Source of the DNA: Longimicrobiales bacterium
GTDB taxonomy: Bacteria; Gemmatimonadota; Gemmatimonadetes; Longimicrobiales; Gaopeijiaceae
Direction of reading: 5' to 3'
DNA length: 64,000 bases
NCBI GenBank assembly: GCA_965219445.1
Contig: CBDCNQ010000003.1
Span: forward strand, 160,001 to 224,000
Both the position numbers and the translations under genes were made by a program. The notes beneath the pieces were generated by a model that was not told where the DNA came from, searched no databases, and saw only the letters and a program-made list of their open reading frames with translations. Shown piece after piece: positions 17,153 to 26,224 of the stretch; position 1 is the stretch's first letter; every line of letters starts with the position of its first letter.

Positions 17153-18322
17153 CTAGCTCACGCCCCGCCGCGTGATCTTCAGAATCCGGTCGTCGTCCGA
17201 CGCCGGCTGACCGCGCCCGTCCTCGTTGCTCGTAGCGATGTACACTTCGCCATCGGGACCCACCAGAACGTCTCGCAGGCGACCGTAGTCGCCGCGGTAG
17301 ATCGCGTCGGTGCTCACGACCGAGCGGCCGTCTTCCGACAACTCGAGCCGCCAGAGTGCCGCGCCCCGCAGTGAGGTGACGAGGAGGCTTCCATTCCACG
17401 CGGGGATCCGGTCCGAGCCGTAGTAGTCGAGGCCGGAGATCCCCACGGTCGGCGTCCACGCCTCGAGCGGCTCTACCACGTCGTTGTCGTCGCAGTACTC
17501 ATCCTCGTCATCCACGTCGCCATCACAGAAGCCGTGGACGGACGGCCACCCGTGGTCGCCGCCCATCTCGACCCGCATCACCTCGTCGTTCGTTCTGGGT
17601 CCGTGCTCGGCGACGTACAGGTCACCCGTCTCGGGGTGGAACACGATGCCCTGCGGGTTCCGGTGGCCATATGAGTAGACACGCGTCCCGAACGGATTTC
17701 CGGGAGCCGGCCCTCCGTCCAGCGTGAGCCGCAGGACCTTGCCGGACAGAGAGCCGAGGTCCTGGGCCATGGGACGGTTTCCGGCGTCCCCCATGGTCAT
17801 GTACAAGAATCCGTCCAGGCCGACGACGAGCCTCGACCCGTCGTGGTTGCGACGCCCGGGAATCCCATCGACGAGAGTCTCCCGAGCGGTGAGGCGTCCC
17901 CCCTCGTAGCGCATGCGGATCAGGCGATTCTCGATACCGTTCCCGGCGGCATACGAGTGCGCTAGGTAGACGTACGGCTCCTGTTCGAAATCCGGGTGGA
18001 AGGCCATGCCCATCAGGCCGCTCTCACCCCGCTCGTGTACGGCAATCTCGGCCACGAGCGTGATCGCCCCTGTCTCCGGATCTACCCGAGATACACGACC
18101 TGCTCGCTCCGTAAACCAGATCGCGGCGTCGGGACCCCAGGCAAGATCCCAAGGGGTGTCGAGACCCGAAGCGAGCGTCTCGACGCGCAAGTCGGCGGCG
18201 GGGGTAGGGGTGCTCGGGGCGGCTTGCTGTGGAGCCGCACGGACGACGGCCGGGGGCGCCAGCGCCCCGCAAGCTGTCATAACGAGGATGGCTACCGGAG
18301 TCGGCGTGCGGCGCGTTCTCAT
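17153..18322 (-). CDS. PQQ-dependent sugar dehydrogenase (glucose/sorbosone dehydrogenase family)
   Basis: GLDTPWDLAW, GESGLMGMAFHPDF, HDGSRL, YSYGHRNPQG, EHGP, GRLRDV. Confidence 0.9.
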   Translation of the reverse strand: MRTRRTPTPVAILVMTACGALAPPAVVRAAPQQAAPSTPTPAADLRVETLASGLDTPWDLAWGPDAAIWFTERAGRVSRVDPETGAITLVAEIAVHERGESGLMGMAFHPDFEQEPYVYLAHSYAAGNGIENRLIRMRYEGGRLTARETLVDGIPGRRNHDGSRLVVGLDGFLYMTMGDAGNRPMAQDLGSLSGKVLRLTLDGGPAPGNPFGTRVYSYGHRNPQGIVFHPETGDLYVAEHGPRTNDEVMRVEMGGDHGWPSVHGFCDGDVDDEDEYCDDNDVVEPLEAWTPTVGISGLDYYGSDRIPAWNGSLLVTSLRGAALWRLELSEDGRSVVSTDAIYRGDYGRLRDVLVGPDGEVYIATSNEDGRGQPASDDDRILKITRRGVS

Positions 18323-18437
18323 GATCGTTTCCTCCTTGTCGTACAGACCCGCCTAACAGGTCGGTGTCTAGATCCTTACCAAACCTGAATGCCTACCACG
18401 AAGGATCTAGCCCGAACAGCTTCCCCACCCGCCGTTG

Positions 18438-18545
18438 TCACTGCACAGCAAACGTGATGGGGAGCTGGATCCAAGCCTGGACCCGCTCGTCTCCGTTCAT
18501 AGCCGAGGTGAACTGGAAAACGGTCGCGACCCTGAGGGCCGCCGA
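18438..18545 (-). pseudogene. TonB C-terminal domain remnant
   Basis: Manual translation SAALRVATVFQFTSAMNGDERVQAWIQLPITFAVQ* resembles the end of TonB_C; no start, lies directly after the NHL gene stop. Confidence 0.6.
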
Positions 18546-18546
18546 T

Positions 18547-19680
18547 TCAGCGCTGCGGCATGGACTTGATGAACGCGCCCCCTCCGGAGACGACCGCCCC
18601 GTAAACGTTCCCGGCCGCGTCCACGGCCACTCCCTCGGGGTTCGAGTCGTCTGGATAGGCTTGGACCCTGCCGGCGATCCGGTAGCGAACGATGCCGTCC
18701 CTCAGGCTCCCGACGCGGACTCCGTTGGCCCACCCAGGGTTGTTCCCGCCCTCGAAGTCCGACTCTGAGTCCGCCACGTAGAGCATGTCGTTGTCGTCCA
18801 CGTAGATGCCGCTCGGGCGACCGAACTGGCGAAGCTCCCCGATGTACGTCCCGTCCCGCTGGAGGATCTGGATTCGGTTGTTCCCGCGGTCCCCGACGAT
18901 CAGGCGTCCCTGCGAGTCGATGTCGATGGCGTGGGGCGTACGGAACTCACCGGGTGCGGCACCCAGCCGACCGATGGTGCGGAGGAACCGACCGTTCCGG
19001 TCGAAGACCGCGATCCGGGCAACGGTCGACGCCGGCGTCCCGAAGTTCTGACCTTCGTGCCCGTCGGCGACATAGATGGTCCCGTCCTCATCCGTCACCA
19101 CGTCGTTCGGCGTGTTCAGCCGCCCGTCCGTTCCGTCTCCGCCGACGCCGGGGGTGCCGACCGTGAGCAGCAGCTGTCCCTGGGGGCTGAACTTATAGAC
19201 CGCGTGCCCCTTCCGGGCCGTAGTGGGGTCGTCCGGGTCCGGTCCCCGGGCGTCGGTTACCCAGACGTTCCCGTCGTCATCGGCGTAGAGCCCGTGCGGG
19301 AAGAGGGTCATCCCCCCTCCGAGGCTCGCGACCACGTTCCCCTGAGGATCGATCTTGAGGATCGGGTCTACATCCGTTTCCGCGCAGGAGTTGGCGCCGC
19401 AACGGTCGATCGCCCAGATGTGGATCCCGTCGGGGTCCACGTGCGCTCCCGCCGTGGATCCCCAGGTGCGACGGTCGGGCAGCCGAACCCAGTTGTCCAC
19501 GGCCGTATAGGGGTTGGGCAGGTCGTTCATGGGCATGATGTTCGGGAGCCGCTCCATGAACTGGCCGGCTTGCGCCGGGTGGACAGCGTCCGCCGCCTGG
19601 GCCGTCGCCGCCGCGGGCACGGCCGCGAGCGCGACCAGCGCCGCCGCGAGAGTCGTGATCCTTCGTGTCAGTGGAGCCAT
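18547..19680 (-). CDS. Secreted NHL-repeat beta-propeller (peptidyl-alpha-hydroxyglycine amidating lyase-like)
   Basis: FPHGLYADDDGNVWVTD, LNTPNDV, FRTPHAIDIDSQGRLIVGDRGNNRIQI. Confidence 0.85.
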   Translation of the reverse strand: MAPLTRRITTLAAALVALAAVPAAATAQAADAVHPAQAGQFMERLPNIMPMNDLPNPYTAVDNWVRLPDRRTWGSTAGAHVDPDGIHIWAIDRCGANSCAETDVDPILKIDPQGNVVASLGGGMTLFPHGLYADDDGNVWVTDARGPDPDDPTTARKGHAVYKFSPQGQLLLTVGTPGVGGDGTDGRLNTPNDVVTDEDGTIYVADGHEGQNFGTPASTVARIAVFDRNGRFLRTIGRLGAAPGEFRTPHAIDIDSQGRLIVGDRGNNRIQILQRDGTYIGELRQFGRPSGIYVDDNDMLYVADSESDFEGGNNPGWANGVRVGSLRDGIVRYRIAGRVQAYPDDSNPEGVAVDAAGNVYGAVVSGGGAFIKSMPQR

Positions 19681-19805
19681 AGCACACCTCCGTTTCGTCA
19701 CTTTCGATAACGCGACCCAAACATGGACATCATAGTACCCGCAGGCCTCCCTGGCCATTGGCGTCGGGGACGTTTCCCGGGGCGACGGCCCGTGGGGGAG
19801 CCTTA

Positions 19806-19972
19806 CGTGAGTTCTTCGCCTGGCGTCAGATCCAGAGCCGTCGCCAACTCGCCGGCCTCGCCGGATTCACGCCCACTCCCTACCGAAGCGGCGATGACTC
19901 CTTCGACCAGGGCATCTCCAAGGCCGGCAGCTCCAGCGTCCGTGCCATGGCCATCCAGATCGCTTGGGGTTG
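19806..19972 (+). pseudogene. IS110-family transposase internal fragment
   Basis: REFFAWRQIQSRRQLAGLAGFTPTPYRSG..QGISKAGSSSVRAMAIQIAWGW (Transposase_20-like). Confidence 0.8.
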
Positions 19973-19994
19973 GACGGGGGTGGCCGTCTCTCAA

Positions 19995-20108
19995 TCAGAA
20001 ACCTGTCGGCGGTTGTCGCTTCGCCGAAAAAAGGAGGAGGACCACAAGGAAGATCAGGATCATCTCCCACATGCCGAGTCCACCGAGTGCCCTGATAAAG
20101 TCGTCCAT
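19995..20108 (-). pseudogene. TatA/E-like N-terminal remnant
   Basis: MDDFIRALGGLGMWEMILIFLVVLLLFSAKRQPPTGF*: TatA-like TM helix and hinge (FGAKR becomes FSAKR); amphipathic helix missing. Confidence 0.55.
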
Positions 20109-20245
20109 GCGGCACGATGCCGATGGGCTGCTAGCGATGCAACCTCAGAGTCGAGCGGGCTCGTGCGACCTGAATGAGTTGTACTCAAGAAGGGGGCCTG
20201 GTACCTTACCGACAATGGTTTCGACCTTTCTGGCCACGAGGAATC

Positions 20246-20656
20246 ATGAGAGCACTCGGCTTAGGCGTTGCGCTCGCCGCGTTGCTGGTGTCGGCGCCCA
20301 CGGACGGAGCGGCACAGGCGGACCTCGCGGGAGACTGGGTCTTCGAGATAATGAGCGAGTCCGGCGAGCCCCAGGTTCGCTTGCGAGTCGAAATCGCCAT
20401 CATGCAGGATGGTCAATTGCTGGGGGCGACAGGCCCTGCAGGCCCCAACGAACCCTCCGAGATGACTGGCTCGGTCCAGGGGTCAACTGTCCAGCTTTTC
20501 TGGGCCGCCAACTTTGAGGGGACGCCGGTCGACTTCCGCTTCACCGGCACCGCCACAGAGGATGGGATGTCCGGTTCAGTTGTGGTCGATTTTGGAGAGC
20601 TAGGCGTCGTCTCCCAAAGCAAGTGGACCGCAACAAGAGCTGGACCCTTGGCGTAG
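20246..20656 (+). CDS. Small secreted beta-rich hypothetical protein
   Basis: Signal peptide, DLAGDWVF..FTGTATEDGMSG..WTATR; RBS GAGG. Confidence 0.75.
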   Translation: MRALGLGVALAALLVSAPTDGAAQADLAGDWVFEIMSESGEPQVRLRVEIAIMQDGQLLGATGPAGPNEPSEMTGSVQGSTVQLFWAANFEGTPVDFRFTGTATEDGMSGSVVVDFGELGVVSQSKWTATRAGPLA

Positions 20657-20769
20657 GGGGGTGCGTCTCGCGCCTCCCTGAACGAGAAGACGGCCACCTC
20701 CGAACGATGGGGGGTGGCCGGCTCTCAGATCCGTGTTAGAACCCTCCGAAGCGAATGGAGGGCCCAGCC

Positions 20770-21064
20770 GTCTCCCCATCAGGGGATCTCGTTGTCCGGA
20801 AAGGCAGAAAATGGTGACGTCCCCGCCGATGATCTCGTCGGGTGTGTCGACGCCGTACATCCTCGCCTGGGCGGGGTTCGCGTAAAGGATCGTGCCAAAG
20901 CCGTCGGCGATGATAACGCCGAGCTGCATCGTTTCCGCCGCCGCCAGCAACTGGTGCAGGACGACTCCGGACGAGTGTGTCGCGAGTTCGGCGCCCTCCG
21001 TGGGCGCGAGTCGTCGCTGCGATTCCACGCGCTCGGTTCCCCGCCCTTCGTGTTGGTCCGTCAT
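20770..21064 (-). pseudogene. PAS-domain sensor N-terminal remnant
   Basis: AAETMQLGVIIADGFGTILYANPAQARMYG..DEIIG; no output domain follows. Confidence 0.6.
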
Positions 21065-21220
21065 GTAATTCGCCCCACGCAAGAACTGTGCGAGAGAGAA
21101 CAGGCGGGAGCGTGACTAGGTTACCCGACTTGCGGCTAAAAAGTGATGCAGCGCACCGAGTTAGTGTGGGACTCAGGCCACAGTATACGGTTTCTTGTCG
21201 GAATCCAACCTCTTATCTCA

Positions 21221-21242
21221 ACGCCTGATAAGCGTGAGGTCG
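21221..21242 (+). other. tRNA-Ile(GAU) anticodon-arm fragment
   Basis: ACGCCTGATAAGCGTGAGGTCG; 21225-21242 identical to 13107-13124. Confidence 0.75.
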
Positions 21243-21252
21243 CCCTCTCTGC

Positions 21253-21680
21253 CAACGCGTGACGTTCACTCGCCCCGAGTCGCTGACGTACATGCACCAC
21301 GCACCTCCGTCGGCGCTCGGGGCTCAGAAGTTTCCCTTGGTCGCTTCCTCCAGGATCAGCTTGTCCACCGTCAGGTTCGCCACCGCTCGCTTCAGCCGTG
21401 CGTTCTCCTTCTCCAGCTCCTTGAAGCGTCGAGCTTGATCCACCTTCATCCCCCCGAACTCCTGGCGCCACCGGTAGTACGTCTGCTCGCTGATCCCCAG
21501 CTCCCGGCTCACCATCCCCACCGTTTTGCCGTTCGCCAGACCCACCTCCGCCTCTCTCAATGCCGTGATGATCTGCTCCGGCGTGTGTCGTCTCCTACTC
21601 ATTCTGACCTCCTCCCTGATGGTTGCGACCAAAGCCGCATCCTAACATCAACTTCGGTCTCGGTTCAGGGGGTCACGTCA
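21253..21680 (-). mobile_element. Truncated IS3-family (IS407-group-like) element: left end, orfA 21324..21602, first codons of orfB
   Basis: Starts TGACGTGACCCC at 21680. MSRRRHTPEQIITALREAE..EQTYYRWRQEFGG..ELEKENARLK; GGGAAAC frameshift signal; orfB LLSPERRRRCV breaks at ~21253. Confidence 0.85.
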
Positions 21681-21974
21681 GTCGGCGACCTCGGTCTCCT
21701 CGATGCCAGCGGCACCCGCCTCCTCCTGGTCCTCCACGTCGATGGGGGCTGCAGGCTCCGCTTCGGATTCATCGCCTGGCGCAGCCGTGAGATCCACCTC
21801 GGCGTTGGCGTCCAACTCAGACTCGAGGCCAAGCGCAACAGAGACGTCGACGTGGTGCTCTTCTGCTCCCGCCGACGGCACGGTTGCCGTAGTCTCAGGT
21901 TCCCCCTCTCCACCGAAGAGCGCCGAGATCGAGCGGGCGATCTCGCTGAGTTCTTTGCCGTCTTTTCGAGTCAC
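21681..21974 (-). pseudogene. Acidic hypothetical protein truncated by the IS3 remnant
   Basis: ORF stop codon is the TGA of the IS left end. Confidence 0.55.
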
Positions 21975-22260
21975 TCGAGTCCCTTTGGGAGGGCATCAGG
22001 TTAGCCATCTGCAAATGTAGGCCGCGTAGGCCCCATAGGCGAGGGAAACGCAGTGGAGGAAAAGACGAACGCTTGGGAGTCCCTGTTGAGGTGGCGGACC
22101 CTCGGGGAACGGCGGAGCGACGTGGATCGAATGGAATAGCAGGGCGTTGTCGAAAGTCCTGCCACTCCGCTAGAATCTTTCGTACGGGTCGCCACCGACG
22201 GGCGGTGGCACACGGCTGGTCGCGTCTCCTGGCCCCGACCCTTTCCCGAAGAGGAATCAC

Positions 22261-25200
22261 ATGCGGCGTCGCTCGAACGGTCTCTGCCGTTCCCGGCTCA
22301 CGGGGACGCTCAGGGTGCTCGGTGTCTTCGCCATTCTCTCCAACTGGATCGCATCACCCGCTAAATCACAAGTTCCGGCGTCGGATGTCCTCTCAGGCCT
22401 CCCCTACAGGCACATCGGGCCCGTCGGCAACCGGGTGAGCGCCGTAACCGGCGTTCCCGGAGATCTTAACACTTACTACTTCGGTGCCGCGTCGGGGGGA
22501 GTCTTCCGTTCAACGGATGGGGGCCACCACTGGACACCGATTTTCGATGAACAGGACGCCGCCTCGATCGGAGCGATCGCTATCGCGCCTTCCGCCGACA
22601 GCGTCATCTGGGTCGGCACCGGAGAGGCGTTCATCCGTAGTAACGTCTCCATCGGGAACGGCATCTACAGATCGACCGATGGCGGTGATACCTGGGAGCA
22701 CAAGGGCCTTCTGGCGACGGGCAGGATCGGGCGGGTGGTCGTACACCCCACCGATCCCGACATCGTCTACGTGGCGGCCCTCGGCCACCTGTATGGCCCA
22801 CAGGAGGAGAGAGGGATTTTTCGCACGACCGACGGGGGCGACTCGTGGCAACAGGTCCTCTTCGTCGATGAGAACACCGGAGGCGTCGACGTGGTCATGG
22901 ACCCCAACAACCCACGAGTGCTCTTCGCGGCTACCTGGCAGATGTTAATCCGGACCTGGGGCCGTTGGAGCGGGGGTCCCGGAAGTGGGATCTACATGTC
23001 CCGTAATGCCGGTGACAGCTGGGAGCGGCTGGAGGGGCGCGGACTTCCAAGTGGTACGATGGGCAAGATCGGGCTCGCCATGACCCCCTCGGACTCGGAC
23101 CGCATATACGCCCTCATCGAAACGAACTCGAATCGTGACTACGAACCTCTCGAGGAACACGAAGGGGTCCTGTGGCGATCGGACGACGGTGGCTTCAGCT
23201 GGAGCATGGTCAACGCCAACCACACGCTCGCCCAACGTCCTCTCTACTACAGCCGTGTCGTCGCGGCTCCCGACGACGCCGACGAAGTCCACTTTCTCTC
23301 GACACGCTACAGCCGTTCTCTGAACGGCGGCGAGGATTTCACGCTCGGAAACCCCGGCGGTGACAGTCACGACATGTGGATCGATCCGTTCCTCCCCGAT
23401 CGTATGATCGTCGGCCACGACGGAGGTTTGAGCATCTCCACCGATCGGGGTTCGAGCTGGTGGCGACCCAGACTGCCCATCGCACAGATGTACCACGTGA
23501 ATACCGACACACGAATCCCTTATCACGTATACGGAAATCGCCAGGATGGGGCGACCCAGATGGGCCCTAGCAATTCGCTCAGCGGAACGGGGATTTCCAT
23601 CGGCGAGTGGCACCCCGTAGGGGGTTGTGAGACCGGGTTCTCCGTGCCCGACCCTGTGGATCCTAACATCGTGTGGGCCGGCTGTTACGACGGGATCCTC
23701 TCGCGATACGATCACCGGTTGGGGCTGGCCCGCAGAGTGAGCGTGTGGCCGGCCAACGCCGAGGGATGGGCAGCGGGTGAGCTCCGCTACCGCTTCCAAT
23801 GGACCTTTCCGATCCATGTTTCACCGCACGATAACGAGCGCGTCTATGTGGGCAGCCAGCACGTTCACGTGACGACCAACGGTGGCCAGAGCTGGGAGGT
23901 TTTGAGTCCGGATCTCACGACGAACGACAAATCCAAGCAACAACGGACAGGGGGGCTGACGCCGGACGACGCGGGGCCCACCTATGCTGCCGTCCTTTTC
24001 GCCATAGCCGAGTCACCGCAGCAGGAGGGCGTGATCTGGACCGGATCCAACGACGGGCTCGTGCACGTCTCGCTCGACAGGGGAGAGACGTGGACAGACG
24101 TCACGGAGAATATCCCGGACCTCCCGCCGTTCGGCACTGTGTCTAATATCGAGCCGTCTTCGCACGACCCCGGCACAGCCTACCTGACGGTGGACCTCCA
24201 TCAGCTGGGCGACACCGAGCCCTATGTCTACAAAACAACGGATTATGGGGATTCATGGGCGTCGCTGAGCCAGACCATCCCACGCAGCGTGTTCAGCTAT
24301 GCGCACGTCATCCGGGAGGACCCCGTACGGCCGGGCCTCCTCTATCTCGGCACCGAGAACGCGCTCTATGTGTCATGGAATGACGGGGAGAACTGGATCC
24401 GCCTCCGGAACAACCTGCCACCGGCTCCCGTCCATGATCTGACGATCCAGACCCACTTCAACGATCTAGTGGTGGCAACGTATGGCCGGGGCTTTTGGAT
24501 CATGGACGATATCACGCCCCTGCAAGAGCTGAATGAGGAAGTGATGGCCTCGGAGGTACACCTGTTCGCTCCTAGAACGGCTTACCGCTTTCTCATGCGA
24601 CAGGCCTCGCAGAGCCAACCCGAAGATCCCGGCTCCGGAGCAAACCCTGTGTACGGCGCATCAATTTCGTTCTACATCGAGAGTGTCCCGGAGGACGGGG
24701 TACGGCTCGAAATCCAGGACGAAGCCGGTCAGCTCGTACAGCTCCTGGACCCCGGCCCGCTCCGTCCCGGCATCAATCGGGTGCACTGGGATCTTCGGGA
24801 GACGTCCTCCAGCACGCCGAAGCTCAGGACCAGGCCGTTGGAGCACTCCCATGTGGAGTTGCCGGGTGAAGAATGGAGAGCGTTGGACGAGGGTAGCCAA
24901 GTGAAGCCGTTGGCCCCTCCCGGTACGTACACGGTGAGGCTTCGTGCGGCGGGGTTCGATTTGGTGCAGCCTTTAGTGCTCTTGAAGGACCCCAACTCAG
25001 GGGGTAGCGAGCAAGAAATCCAGGAACAAGTGGCCCTGGCGCGGGAGATTCGCGAGGCCGTCGACTCCGTCGTCGCCTTGATCGACGAAATCGAGTGGAT
25101 CCGGGCGCAGACCCAACTCGTGCGGGAACGCAACGTCGACCACGCCGCCGCCGAGGAGATTCGCGAAGCCGGTGAGACTCTGGAAGAGGAACTGATCGAG

Positions 25201-25476
25201 CTGGAGATGCGTCTCTTCGACGTTCGCCTTACCGGCGGTAGCGCGCGCCAAGATACACTCCGCTGGGCGAGGCGTCTTTACGCCCGCCTCACGAGCCTTG
25301 CCGGCTACGTCAGCGGAACGGACGATCGGCCGACAGATCAGGCTCGGGAGGTTTTCGAAATGCTCGGAAGTGAGCTTGGGGACTACCAGCGGCAGATGGT
25401 GGTCATCCGAGAAGACGTCGCCACGTTCAATCGGCTCTTGGATGACCGCGGGATCGATCCGATCGCGGTGAACTAG
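22261..25476 (+). CDS. VPS10/BNR-repeat (sialidase-like) glycosyl hydrolase, secreted
   Basis: Repeated S.DGG.TW Asp-boxes, YRHIGP.GNRV, RFQWTFPI, ATYGRGFWI; 1071 aa. Confidence 0.9.
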   Translation: MRRRSNGLCRSRLTGTLRVLGVFAILSNWIASPAKSQVPASDVLSGLPYRHIGPVGNRVSAVTGVPGDLNTYYFGAASGGVFRSTDGGHHWTPIFDEQDAASIGAIAIAPSADSVIWVGTGEAFIRSNVSIGNGIYRSTDGGDTWEHKGLLATGRIGRVVVHPTDPDIVYVAALGHLYGPQEERGIFRTTDGGDSWQQVLFVDENTGGVDVVMDPNNPRVLFAATWQMLIRTWGRWSGGPGSGIYMSRNAGDSWERLEGRGLPSGTMGKIGLAMTPSDSDRIYALIETNSNRDYEPLEEHEGVLWRSDDGGFSWSMVNANHTLAQRPLYYSRVVAAPDDADEVHFLSTRYSRSLNGGEDFTLGNPGGDSHDMWIDPFLPDRMIVGHDGGLSISTDRGSSWWRPRLPIAQMYHVNTDTRIPYHVYGNRQDGATQMGPSNSLSGTGISIGEWHPVGGCETGFSVPDPVDPNIVWAGCYDGILSRYDHRLGLARRVSVWPANAEGWAAGELRYRFQWTFPIHVSPHDNERVYVGSQHVHVTTNGGQSWEVLSPDLTTNDKSKQQRTGGLTPDDAGPTYAAVLFAIAESPQQEGVIWTGSNDGLVHVSLDRGETWTDVTENIPDLPPFGTVSNIEPSSHDPGTAYLTVDLHQLGDTEPYVYKTTDYGDSWASLSQTIPRSVFSYAHVIREDPVRPGLLYLGTENALYVSWNDGENWIRLRNNLPPAPVHDLTIQTHFNDLVVATYGRGFWIMDDITPLQELNEEVMASEVHLFAPRTAYRFLMRQASQSQPEDPGSGANPVYGASISFYIESVPEDGVRLEIQDEAGQLVQLLDPGPLRPGINRVHWDLRETSSSTPKLRTRPLEHSHVELPGEEWRALDEGSQVKPLAPPGTYTVRLRAAGFDLVQPLVLLKDPNSGGSEQEIQEQVALAREIREAVDSVVALIDEIEWIRAQTQLVRERNVDHAAAEEIREAGETLEEELIELEMRLFDVRLTGGSARQDTLRWARRLYARLTSLAGYVSGTDDRPTDQAREVFEMLGSELGDYQRQMVVIREDVATFNRLLDDRGIDPIAVN

Positions 25477-25508
25477 CGTAGCGGGGGTAGCGACTCCTTT
25501 TCTTGCGT

Positions 25509-25875
25509 GTGGAAGGGAGAGGGATCGACGGTCCTCCTCCGGCCAGCGCTTTGCTCGGCTTCGCCGTAAGACCTCCTCTACGGAGGACCACCGCCTCCCC
25601 CTTCACGACGGCTCGGTAGAACCGGACACGGTCGCCGCCACGCTCGGGGGGGGGGATGGTGGGAATGACCTCTCCGCCCAAGCCCAAGCCGAGAGGACTG
25701 TCGGAGGATGATGGGAATACTCGTCCCGCCTCGGCCCTGTAGCCCGGAGAGCGGTCCGTTGCCCCCCAGCCATGCCAACGTGAAGAGGGGTTCATGGTCC
25801 CGCGGAGGACAGTCTGCCGCCGAAGGCGGTAGAGCGAAGCGCTGGCCGGAGCGGGACCGTGAACCCCTCTTCCAC
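25509..25875. repeat. Nested inverted-repeat element between convergent genes
   Basis: 25509-25556 is an imperfect reverse complement of 25832-25875; 25782-25803 matches the reverse complement of 25851-25872 at 21/22. Confidence 0.75.
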
Positions 25876-25915
25876 CCTCTTGCAAAACGCGAGGGCGGGG
25901 GCGCATAGGGGCTCC

Positions 25916-26149
25916 CTAACGCCGCCTGATCAAGAACGAAAGTACTATGCCGGCTGCTATTGCTAAGCCGAGGACGGTCTTCGCGGTTTCACTCAGCCGG
26001 CCCTCGAGTTCTTCGATGGCCTCGCGGCCGGACGGGGCCTCGGGATCCTGCGTGATGTGGATCGCGCAGTAGTCGGAGCCCTCCAGCGCCTTCAGTCGAC
26101 ATGAAGTCCCTTTCTTGGTCGTACCGCTGCACCTTCCCACGTACCTCAC
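25916..26149 (-). CDS. Small protein with CCCH-type motif (DUF5763-like) and C-terminal TM
   Basis: RCSGTTKKGTSC..YCAIH; hydrophobic C-terminus ending RRR. Confidence 0.65.
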   Translation of the reverse strand: MRYVGRCSGTTKKGTSCRLKALEGSDYCAIHITQDPEAPSGREAIEELEGRLSETAKTVLGLAIAAGIVLSFLIRRR

Positions 26150-26224
26150 CTCCTCAATGTCAGACTACACCTCTTCTTATACGTGTGAGCGCCCAACAGG
26201 ATTCATCCGACACGGCCGGCAATC

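Noticed and set aside
25480..25910. RNase P RNA, tmRNA or riboswitch
   Set aside because: No GAGGAAAGTCC or other signature motifs recognised on either strand.
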